This document shows positions 16,829 through 24,265 of a DNA stretch of 64,000 nt, one piece after another; within the stretch, counting starts at the first letter, position 1; each line of letters opens with the position of its first letter. The notes below the pieces were generated by a model. That model did no database searches and was not told the origin of the DNA. It saw nothing but the letters and a program-made list of their open reading frames with translations. The DNA is from Acutalibacteraceae bacterium (lineage in GTDB: Bacteria > Bacillota > Clostridia > Oscillospirales > Acutalibacteraceae). The translations under genes were made by a program, and so were the position numbers. The stretch lies in NCBI GenBank assembly GCA_045533185.1, contig JAZSHK010000073.1, positions 1,287-65,286 on the forward strand, written 5' to 3'.

Positions 16829-17260
16829 TTGAAAATTAAAAAATATATTTTTATTCCAATATTAGTTGTATTATGTATAATTCTTTATGCTGTTTTTGCA
16901 AAGCCAGCTATTGAAACACACACTTGGGTGTTATCTATGGCACAAAAAGCAGAGCCGTTTTCTGTAGTAGCACATAAAACTGGATATGATTTTTCTGATG
17001 ATGACAGTAATATTTTTGCATTTTCTAAAGAAATAGAACTCACCTGCACAGCAAAAGATGGTAAACTTACCATAAGTGACAAAACAAATGGGAAAACCTA
17101 TGAAGGAATCTACAAAGTCACTTCTTGGGGGAGGTTTACAGGACAAAGTTATACCGTGATTATAGATGGAAAAGACGGCACTGCAAATATTAGTTCAAAA
17201 TTTAACCGCACCTTATTTATATCGGTTGGGGGTTATTATTTGACTTTTGAAATTCAATGA
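16829..17260 (+). CDS. Cassette ORF 6: membrane-anchored/secreted hypothetical protein
   Basis: TTG start lies at the conserved distance from the RBS. The protein has an N-terminal hydrophobic helix and a beta-rich remainder. Confidence 0.65.
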   Translation: MKIKKYIFIPILVVLCIILYAVFAKPAIETHTWVLSMAQKAEPFSVVAHKTGYDFSDDDSNIFAFSKEIELTCTAKDGKLTISDKTNGKTYEGIYKVTSWGRFTGQSYTVIIDGKDGTANISSKFNRTLFISVGGYYLTFEIQ

Positions 17261-17266
17261 TTTATA

Positions 17267-17448
17267 AAAAAATCCTCGGTTTTTACCCAGTTCTTTTTCG
17301 GACACGAATGACAAAGCCCCAAGGACGATAAGTTCTTGGGGCTTACTTCTTACCTATTACCTCTTCACTCTTACCTCAAAATGTCCTTGGGGCTTTGGGA
17401 ACTAAGAAGTAAGAAGTAATAAGCATTGCGCCTTCTCCGCTTTTATGC
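17267..17448 (+). repeat. Inter-cassette element 6, with R end truncated at the island/core junction
   Basis: The L block lies at 17267-17315 and the hairpin at 17315-17343. CTTAC(C/T)-type words are followed by AGTAAG-type words. The R copy stops after CCTTCTCCGCTTTTATGC at 17448, where GC-rich DNA begins. Confidence 0.85.
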
Positions 17449-17484
17449 AACAGCAGCGCGTACGCGGTGCTGTTGCATTTTGTC
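17445..17484 (+). terminator. Hairpin plus short T-tract at the right island junction
   Basis: GCAACAGCAGCGCG-TA-CGCGGTGCTGTTGC (one mismatch) followed by ATTTTG. Confidence 0.5.
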
Positions 17485-17501
17485 CACGAGTAACGCAGCT
17501 G

Positions 17502-17645
17502 TTAATTCCCACCGGGGCCGTCTCTGCGCTCACGCGTATCGTGAATGTCGATCTTCCCTTTAATATCGCCTGGGTTGGTGAGCTTCTTTTTCGTTTTCTC
17601 CTGCTCGGGTTGTTGCTTTTGCTCCATTGAGTTGTTCTCTGACAT
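17502..17645 (-). CDS. Small hydrophilic protein (47 aa), not in the ORF track
   Basis: The minus strand has AAAGGAG 8 nt before ATG 17645. It reads MSENNSMEQKQQPEQEKTKKKLTNPGDIKGKIDIHDTRERRDGPGGN*, ending at 17502. Confidence 0.5.
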   Translation of the reverse strand: MSENNSMEQKQQPEQEKTKKKLTNPGDIKGKIDIHDTRERRDGPGGN

Positions 17646-17665
17646 AGCTATGCTCCTTTCTGCGG

Positions 17666-19621
17666 TTAGTGTTTGCGGATCTGGTCGATCTCATTCAGAT
17701 CATTGGTGGGCGGCATACAACTGCGCCCTTGGCAGACATAGTAGGTGGTTTTTTCGTTTTTAAGAGAATACTCCTTTGTCGGCTCGGTTAGCAGGTGGAT
17801 GACGGCATTGGTAGGGAAGGCGAATGCTAAGTGTGATGCATCCGTATCTTCACCGAGCACGATCGTCACTTTCAACGTGGGATCGTAGTATTCTAAAAGA
17901 GCCGTTAAAAACATGGCGTGGTTCGTGGGATACGGCGATGCCTCTCCGGAGATAAAATCCAGTTGTTGCTCTGCTAAACGGCTATATTCCTCATCGGAAG
18001 TCAGCTGTGCTAACTGCACAAGGTTATATGCCATCAGCGAATTTCCGCTGGGTACAGCACCGTCATAGGTCTCCTTTGGGCGCAGGATCAGTTCTTCGCT
18101 GTTACTGCCAATCAAATAAAACCCGTCTTTACCATCGCCGAACTCTGTTACGACCGCGTTGCACAGTTGCTTCGCGCGTTCTAAATATTTGCAGTCCAAT
18201 GTTGCTCTGTATAGGCGAAGCTGGTCGAGGATATATGCCGCGTAATCATCCAGAAAGCCGCGTGCACCGCGCCTTGACTCCCTGAAGCTGACGTACAAGG
18301 AGCCGTTTTCGCACAGATGCCCTTGAATAAAAGCATCGGCTTTTTTCGCCGCGTTCAGATAGTTGCCGTTATTGCTGATGAGATATAATTCGCACATAGC
18401 GGCAATCATCAGCCCGTTCCACGCTGTCAGAATTTTGTCATCCAAGTGGAGCACGTAGCGGTTTTTTCGAAAAAGCGCTAATTTCGGCAGAAACGCATCG
18501 TAGGATCGATCGGCAGTATCGCTGCGCAATAAATTCGGAATGCTTTTCCCTTCGAAATTCCCCTTGTCGGTTATATCGAAATGCCGATTAAAATTTTTGC
18601 CGTCCGTTTCGCCTAAAACGCCGATGATCTCCTCGGGGGTGAACAGATAATATTTTCCTTCCTCGCCCTCGCTGTCGGCATCCTGCGCGCTGAAAAAGCC
18701 CCCCTCACTTGATGTCATTTCGCGCAGAATATACTCCGCTGTTTTCTCCGCAATGTCGCGATACAGACCGTTATCGGTCACGGAAAACGCCTTGCAGTAA
18801 GCAAGGATCAGCATCGCGTTGTCATAGAGCATTTTTTCAAAATGGGGGACAAGGAACTTTTTATCGGTCGAATAGCGGCAGAAGCCGAAACCAATGTGGT
18901 CAAACAACCCGCCGCGATACATCTGCAACAGCGTGGTTTCTGCCATTTGCAGACAGTTCTTGTTTTTGCAGCGCTCATAGTAAGAAAGCAGAAACAGGAT
19001 ATTGTGCGGTGTCGGGAATTTCGGTGCCCGTCCGAAACCGCCGTTTTGCTCGTCGAAGATGCGCTCATACGCCGTCACAGCGGAATGGGCGAGCTCTAAT
19101 TCGGCGTACTGCACCGTCCTTGGGGACCGATCGAGGTGCTCAATGACCGTATCCGCCCGTTTGAGCAACGTCGCTCGATCGTTTTCCCATGCCTCGTGAA
19201 TAGCGGTAAGCAGGTCTTTGAACCCGATCATCCCGCCGCGGGATGCTTTCGGGAAATACGTGCCGGCGAAAAACGGTTTTTGCTGTGCGGTCATAAAGAT
19301 ACTGGTGGGCCAACCACCGCCGCCGGCAAACGCCTGACACACCGCCATATACACGCTGTCAATATCGGGGCGTTCCTCTTTGTCGACCTTAATTGATATA
19401 AAATATCGATTGAGCAGCTCGGCGGTCTCGCTGTCTTCAAAGCTTTCGTGAGCCAGCACATGACACCAATGGCACGCGCTGTATCCAATGCTCAAAAAAA
19501 TCGGCTTATCCTCTTTCTCGGCACGCGCAAATGCCTCGGCACCCCAAGGGTACCAGTCCACGGGATTGTCCTTGTGCTGGAGCAGATAGGGGCTGGTTTC
19601 GTATTGCAGTCGGTTGCTCAA
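17666..19621 (-). CDS. Thioredoxin-domain protein (DUF255 / YyaL-like, with six-hairpin glycosidase-like domain)
   Basis: The N-terminus [22 protein letters not shown]...[12 protein letters not shown] is the DUF255 signature. Confidence 0.85.
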   Translation of the reverse strand: MSNRLQYETSPYLLQHKDNPVDWYPWGAEAFARAEKEDKPIFLSIGYSACHWCHVLAHESFEDSETAELLNRYFISIKVDKEERPDIDSVYMAVCQAFAGGGGWPTSIFMTAQQKPFFAGTYFPKASRGGMIGFKDLLTAIHEAWENDRATLLKRADTVIEHLDRSPRTVQYAELELAHSAVTAYERIFDEQNGGFGRAPKFPTPHNILFLLSYYERCKNKNCLQMAETTLLQMYRGGLFDHIGFGFCRYSTDKKFLVPHFEKMLYDNAMLILAYCKAFSVTDNGLYRDIAEKTAEYILREMTSSEGGFFSAQDADSEGEEGKYYLFTPEEIIGVLGETDGKNFNRHFDITDKGNFEGKSIPNLLRSDTADRSYDAFLPKLALFRKNRYVLHLDDKILTAWNGLMIAAMCELYLISNNGNYLNAAKKADAFIQGHLCENGSLYVSFRESRRGARGFLDDYAAYILDQLRLYRATLDCKYLERAKQLCNAVVTEFGDGKDGFYLIGSNSEELILRPKETYDGAVPSGNSLMAYNLVQLAQLTSDEEYSRLAEQQLDFISGEASPYPTNHAMFLTALLEYYDPTLKVTIVLGEDTDASHLAFAFPTNAVIHLLTEPTKEYSLKNEKTTYYVCQGRSCMPPTNDLNEIDQIRKH

Positions 19622-19634
19622 CTTCCTACCTCCG

Positions 19635-21860
19635 TTATAACGCAGGATGCTCTGACAGGGCTTTTAAGCGGTTCCAGCGACGGTCGATCTCGCTTTGGAT
19701 GGCGTTTCGCACCTCGCTATATCGCTCGGCGCTTAAATGCTTGGTACGCCCCATCATATTGAGCCAATCCGCTGCAGCAATCTTTTTGCCCTTTTCTTCG
19801 GGATCGTAGGATAGGGTAGTGATACCCTGCTCCACCTCATACAAGGGGAAATAGCAGCAGTTCACAGCAGCGGCGATGACCGTGCGCTCGGTGTTCGGCT
19901 TATCTCCCCAGTTGAGCGGACAGGCGGACAGGCACTTAATATAAGCCGTTCCGTAATGCTTGGCGTAGTATTGCGCCTTTGCCGCTTTTTTGATGAAGTC
20001 GTTGGGCTCGGATTCGGCAGCGGTGGCCACATACGGCATACCGGTCGCCGTCATAATACGCGGCATATCCTTATGAAAGAAGCTCTTTCCCCATTGATTT
20101 TCTCCCAGATGAGAGGTTGCGCTTTTTGCGCCCATCGGTGTGGAGTAGGATAGCTGATAGCCGGTGTTCATATACCCGCCGTTGTCGTATTCGAACAGGA
20201 TGACGTGATCGCCGCGCAGTGCCGTGCCGAGGGCTGACCCCATACCGATATCCATACCGCCGTCGCCGCTGACCATAATAAAGGTGATGTCCCCCTCGGG
20301 CATCTCGCCGCGCTCCTGCAGCTTGTGGTACATTTTGGAAAGCCCTGCCAAGGTGGCGGCGCCGTTCTGAAAAAGATTGTGCACGTACGGCACCTTAAAC
20401 GCCGTTTTTGGATAGCCGGTCGTGACCACCATCCCACATCCTGTCTGGAAGAGCAGCACCACGTTTCCTTCGATGCCGCGCAGCAGAAGATTAACGTTGA
20501 CGGGTATACCGCATCCCGGGCAAGCCCCGTGACCGGGGGCGAGCCGCTTAGGTCTGGCGGTGGTATCACGCACTGTGCCACCCTTGACAGTAACCTTGCC
20601 GTCCTGTTCACTGCAAGAGATGAGCGAGGGGGATGCGGCGTCTTTGATCGGATCAAAATACGGTTTTAGGGTGAAGTTCGCATCGCCGGAATAGACACCT
20701 GTATAGTCAAAATCGGGAATGTCTTCACGGTAGCAGGATTCGAACAGCTCGATGGCATCCTGCTCGAAGAAATCCCGTCCTCCAAGACCGTACACGCGGC
20801 TGATTACACGAGGGGTCAGCCCTTTGTGCTGCAATGCCGCGCGGATCTCCAAGGACATATTACCGCCGCCCGCGCCGTAGCTGTCCTGTCTGTCTGCGAC
20901 GAGAATCGTGCGCGCATTTTTGCACAGCTCGGCGATCTCATCATAGGGGAACGGGCGCAGAACACCGAGGGAAAACACCCCGACCTTTTTGCCTTGACCA
21001 CGGAGCGTGTCAACGGCAGCCTTGGCTGTCAGATAAGCCGAGCCGAGTACAAACAGCAGGATCTCGGCGTCGTCCGTCCTGTATGACTTTATTGTCTTCG
21101 GCACTCTGCCGGTTAGCTGCTCGTATTCCCGAAACACCGCGGGGATGACGGTGCGCGCCTTCTCCATTGCCAGATGAAGCTGGTATTTGTTGTTCATCAG
21201 ATCAGGCTCATTCATATAGGAGCCGATGGTGACCGGATGCTCCAAGTCCAATGCAGCGTATTGTGCGTTTACCGCGCCAATAAAGGCTTGTACATCGTTG
21301 TCATCGGCAAACACCGTACAATTTCTCTTTTGATGGCTGGTAAAGAAGCCGTCAAACGCCACGATGACCGGCAGACGCAACTGTTCTGCAATCTTAATAG
21401 CGCAAATATTGCAGTCATACACCTCTTGCGGTGAGTCGGCGAACAGAATGATCCAACCGGTGTTAAGGGTGTACATCACATCGCTGTGATCGCCCTTGAT
21501 CGACAGCGGACCCGATACGGTGCGGCAGGCGATATTGAGCACCATAGGAAGCCGCGTGCCCGATTGGACGGGTAATTGCTCTAACGCGTAAAGAAGTCCG
21601 TTGGCAGAGGTCGCGTTAAACACTCTGCCGCCGCCCGTCGAGGCTCCGTAACAGATGCCGGCGGCGCTGTGCTCACCCTCTGCGGGAATCAACGCGATCG
21701 TATGCTCGCCGTCAGCACCCATCTGATCCAGATATTCCGCGATCTGCGTGGAGGGGGTGATCGGGTAATAGCCCATCACGTGATAATTGATCTGTTTAGC
21801 GGCATAGGCTGCCAGCTCGTTGCCGCTTTCAAAAAGCAGCTTTTGCTTTACTTTTTCCAT
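19635..21860 (-). CDS. 2-oxoacid:ferredoxin oxidoreductase, fused alpha-beta subunits
   Basis: The N-terminal half resembles PorA/KorA ([20 protein letters not shown]). The C-terminal half has the TPP-binding beta-subunit pattern (CPGCG..., GDGG.DIG). Confidence 0.85.
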   Translation of the reverse strand: MEKVKQKLLFESGNELAAYAAKQINYHVMGYYPITPSTQIAEYLDQMGADGEHTIALIPAEGEHSAAGICYGASTGGGRVFNATSANGLLYALEQLPVQSGTRLPMVLNIACRTVSGPLSIKGDHSDVMYTLNTGWIILFADSPQEVYDCNICAIKIAEQLRLPVIVAFDGFFTSHQKRNCTVFADDNDVQAFIGAVNAQYAALDLEHPVTIGSYMNEPDLMNNKYQLHLAMEKARTVIPAVFREYEQLTGRVPKTIKSYRTDDAEILLFVLGSAYLTAKAAVDTLRGQGKKVGVFSLGVLRPFPYDEIAELCKNARTILVADRQDSYGAGGGNMSLEIRAALQHKGLTPRVISRVYGLGGRDFFEQDAIELFESCYREDIPDFDYTGVYSGDANFTLKPYFDPIKDAASPSLISCSEQDGKVTVKGGTVRDTTARPKRLAPGHGACPGCGIPVNVNLLLRGIEGNVVLLFQTGCGMVVTTGYPKTAFKVPYVHNLFQNGAATLAGLSKMYHKLQERGEMPEGDITFIMVSGDGGMDIGMGSALGTALRGDHVILFEYDNGGYMNTGYQLSYSTPMGAKSATSHLGENQWGKSFFHKDMPRIMTATGMPYVATAAESEPNDFIKKAAKAQYYAKHYGTAYIKCLSACPLNWGDKPNTERTVIAAAVNCCYFPLYEVEQGITTLSYDPEEKGKKIAAADWLNMMGRTKHLSAERYSEVRNAIQSEIDRRWNRLKALSEHPAL

Positions 21861-21861
21861 A

Positions 21862-22986
21862 TTACATCAAACCTCCGTCCACACGCTTTTCGTCTAAATA
21901 GGACTCGCCCGTGACCCAAGGATCAGCCCCTGCGGGTTCAAAATCAAGATCATCCGTGATCAGATCCTTGTTGCGGACAAACCACCGCTTGTTTGGGTGC
22001 TCGCTCTCCTTGCCTGCGACTAATGCCTCGGTAGGGCACACATCCACACAGCGTAGGCAGCCCTTGCAGTGATGATAGTCAAGTCCGCGATTCATCATCG
22101 AGGGTTTTCCGCGGTATTCCCCGGGTAAGAATTGAAACACCATATCGGGACAGGTGGTATCACACAAGCCGCAGTGGATGCATTTCTCCGGCAGAAACAG
22201 TGGAATGAACCCTTCCCGTGAAGGGGAGAGATCGTTGGAGACCGTACTCCCGAAATGCGGATTGACACCGCCGATCGGCGCATTTTCATACCCCCACTTA
22301 CTGCGAAGCTCACGATACGGCACTTTCTCATATTGGCTGTTTGGCTCAAAGTGCCGGATTTGCAGATGCTCAAAGCCCAATTCGATTCCTTTGAGGTTGT
22401 TTTCGAGCAACGTGGGGTATTTCTTGCCTAACGTGTCGCTGACCAGCTCCTTCACCGCCGCAAGGGGAATAAAGCCCGATGCTTTCGCAATCGCGCCGAG
22501 CATCACCATATTGACGCGGCTTTTGCTTTGCAGAGCAAGCTCCAATGCGTTGACACAGCACACCGTGCCGCCGTACAATCGGAGATCCTTGCGCATTTCC
22601 TCGGGGGACGCATCGGTATTGACGATCAGTGTGCTGTGCTCATCCACACCGGCGGTCACAGGCAAGGTCTTCGAGAGAGCGTGATGGAACAGCACCAGAA
22701 GGTGCGGATGCTCGATCGGGCTGTTGTGCAAAATGTCACGCTCGGGTGCGCTCCACCGCACGTATGACTTTACGGGCGATCCCCGTTTTTCGGAGCCATA
22801 GCTGGAGAAGGCCGCCGCGTTAAGTCCTAAATAGGCGGCGCCAAGCTCGCCGAGCAATTTCCCGCAGAGGTTTGCTCCCAGACCCCCGATGCTCTCCAAC
22901 CGTATTTCATAATAGCCATTCTCATCGACCGTGGGTAGGCTGATCGCACAACCGCTTTGTTGCTGAAATTTTGTCGCTGGCTGCAT
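21862..22986 (-). CDS. 2-oxoacid:ferredoxin oxidoreductase, fused gamma-delta (2x[4Fe-4S]) subunits
   Basis: ATG 22986 lies behind AAAGGAGAG; the track starts at GTG 23013. A gamma-like domain is followed by CIHCGLCDTTCP and CKGCLRCVDVCP ferredoxin motifs. Confidence 0.85.
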   Translation of the reverse strand: MQPATKFQQQSGCAISLPTVDENGYYEIRLESIGGLGANLCGKLLGELGAAYLGLNAAAFSSYGSEKRGSPVKSYVRWSAPERDILHNSPIEHPHLLVLFHHALSKTLPVTAGVDEHSTLIVNTDASPEEMRKDLRLYGGTVCCVNALELALQSKSRVNMVMLGAIAKASGFIPLAAVKELVSDTLGKKYPTLLENNLKGIELGFEHLQIRHFEPNSQYEKVPYRELRSKWGYENAPIGGVNPHFGSTVSNDLSPSREGFIPLFLPEKCIHCGLCDTTCPDMVFQFLPGEYRGKPSMMNRGLDYHHCKGCLRCVDVCPTEALVAGKESEHPNKRWFVRNKDLITDDLDFEPAGADPWVTGESYLDEKRVDGGLM

Positions 22987-23112
22987 AATATGCTCTCCTT
23001 TGCGTGTTTTCACTTATTATTCGCCGGATACTTCCCGATATGCATAAGTTGGCAGGAATAGCGCTGATAAACTCGGGCAGAATAGTCGTAAAATGAACCT
23101 GGAGGGATAGGA

Positions 23113-23292
23113 ATGAAACGCAATGAAATGCCGGTGGGATTTTCTATGGCTTTGGCTCAAAACCCCGAGGCTATGCAACGTTTTGCGATGCTCAGCGATG
23201 ATAAGAAGCGGGAGATCATAGACGGAACACACGCGATCAGCTCGAAGCGGGAAATGCACGAATATGTTAATACGCTAACGATCAATAAATGA
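23113..23292 (+). CDS. Small conserved-looking protein (59 aa), not in the ORF track
   Basis: GGAGGGA RBS precedes ATG 23113. It reads MKRNEMPVGFSMALAQNPEAMQRFAMLSDDKKREIIDGTHAISSKREMHEYVNTLTINK*. A strong terminator follows immediately. Confidence 0.6.
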   Translation: MKRNEMPVGFSMALAQNPEAMQRFAMLSDDKKREIIDGTHAISSKREMHEYVNTLTINK

Positions 23293-23300
23293 ATACACAA

Positions 23301-23340
23301 GACTAAAAGCCCGCTCATACGAGCGGGCTTTTAGTCTTGT
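23301..23340 (+). terminator. Rho-independent terminator
   Basis: A 16-bp stem GACTAAAAGCCCGCTC / GAGCGGGCTTTTAGTC followed by a T-rich tail. Confidence 0.8.
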
Positions 23341-23425
23341 AATTATCCGTATTCTATGGTATACTGCAAGGTGTAAAATATGCGCACGCGCAAGAGCTTG
23401 CGGAATGACTGATAGGAGGATACCT

Positions 23426-24265
23426 ATGAGAGAGATAAGCGCACAGCGTATTACCGATACGGTAAAGCGGTTGTGCTTTGAGGCGAATTGTCATCTGGGC
23501 GAGGATATGCAGGCGTGTATCAACCGCTGCTATGCCAAGGAGACATGGCCGCAGGCTAAGGAGATCTTAGAGCGGATCATCGAGAATTACGAAATAGCCG
23601 ATCAAGAGAATATGCCGATCTGTCAGGATACGGGCGTTGCTTGCGTGTTTTTGAAGATTGGCCAAGATGTACATATCACAGGTGATCTGACCGATGCCGT
23701 GAACGAGGGAGTCCGTCAGGGCTATAATGAGGGCTATTTGCGCAAAAGTGTGGTTCGTGACCCGCTCGATCGCGTGAACACGGGGGACAACACTCCTGCA
23801 ATGCTGTATGTTGAGTTGGTTGAGGGAGATCAGATCGAGATCACGGTAGCGCCCAAAGGCTTCGGCAGCGAGAATATGAGCCGTATTGCGATGCTCAGCC
23901 CGTCAGACGGCTTGCAGGGCGTAAAGGATTTTGTGCTTAAGACTGTGGACGAAGCGGGCCCGAATCCGTGCCCGCCGATCGTGGTTGGTGTCGGCATCGG
24001 CGGCACGTTTGATAAGGCGGCGCTGCTCGCCAAAAAAGCGCTTCTGCGCCGTGTGGACGAGAGGAACAACGCGCCATTCTACGCGAAACTCGAGGAGGAA
24101 TTACTTGCGGAGATCAACACGCTCGGCATCGGCCCACAGGGCTTCGGCGGTTTGACGACAGCGCTGGCAGTGAATATCGAAACGTTCCCGACGCACATCG
24201 CAGGGCTTCCGGTCGCGGTAAACATCAACTGCCATGTGACAAGACATAAGACGGAGGTGCTGTGA
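23426..24265 (+). CDS. Fe-S class I fumarate hydratase (or L(+)-tartrate dehydratase), alpha subunit
   Basis: AGGAGGA RBS precedes ATG 23426. The ICQDTG motif and overall FumA N-terminal domain pattern are present. Confidence 0.85.
   Translation: MREISAQRITDTVKRLCFEANCHLGEDMQACINRCYAKETWPQAKEILERIIENYEIADQENMPICQDTGVACVFLKIGQDVHITGDLTDAVNEGVRQGYNEGYLRKSVVRDPLDRVNTGDNTPAMLYVELVEGDQIEITVAPKGFGSENMSRIAMLSPSDGLQGVKDFVLKTVDEAGPNPCPPIVVGVGIGGTFDKAALLAKKALLRRVDERNNAPFYAKLEEELLAEINTLGIGPQGFGGLTTALAVNIETFPTHIAGLPVAVNINCHVTRHKTEVL

Larger units (their letters stand above)
5591..17448. mobile_element. AT-rich genomic island (degenerate integrated element) next to tRNA-Asp/tRNA-Thr
   Basis: There is an abrupt, visually obvious drop in GC and a change in codon style between about 5590 and 17448. 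The island abuts the tRNA genes and contains IS3 and TnpV remnants. I see no intact integrase or recombinase and no recognisable flanking direct repeat. Confidence 0.75.

Noticed and set aside
13604-17430. Whether the inverted word repeats are invertible promoter switches (invertons).
   Set aside because: The inverted repeats enclose only a 15-30-nt centre with no promoter. The promoter lies outside them in the conserved R block, and no invertase gene is nearby.
13044-17448. Whether the regularly recurring conserved blocks form a CRISPR array.
   Set aside because: The repeat units are 0.6-1 kb apart and separated by genuine RBS-preceded ORFs. Two different conserved blocks (L and R) alternate. 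There are no cas genes and no short uniform spacers.
13566-17448. Whether the elements are canonical integron attC sites.
   Set aside because: I find no RYYYAAC...GTTRRRY core pair. The sites are 2-3 times longer than attC, each carries its own promoter, and no intI or attI-like region is present in the window. I keep the integron only as an analogy.
23017-23259. 80-aa minus-strand ORF upstream of the oxidoreductase operon.
   Set aside because: It is replaced by the plus-strand 59-aa ORF, which has an RBS and a dedicated terminator.
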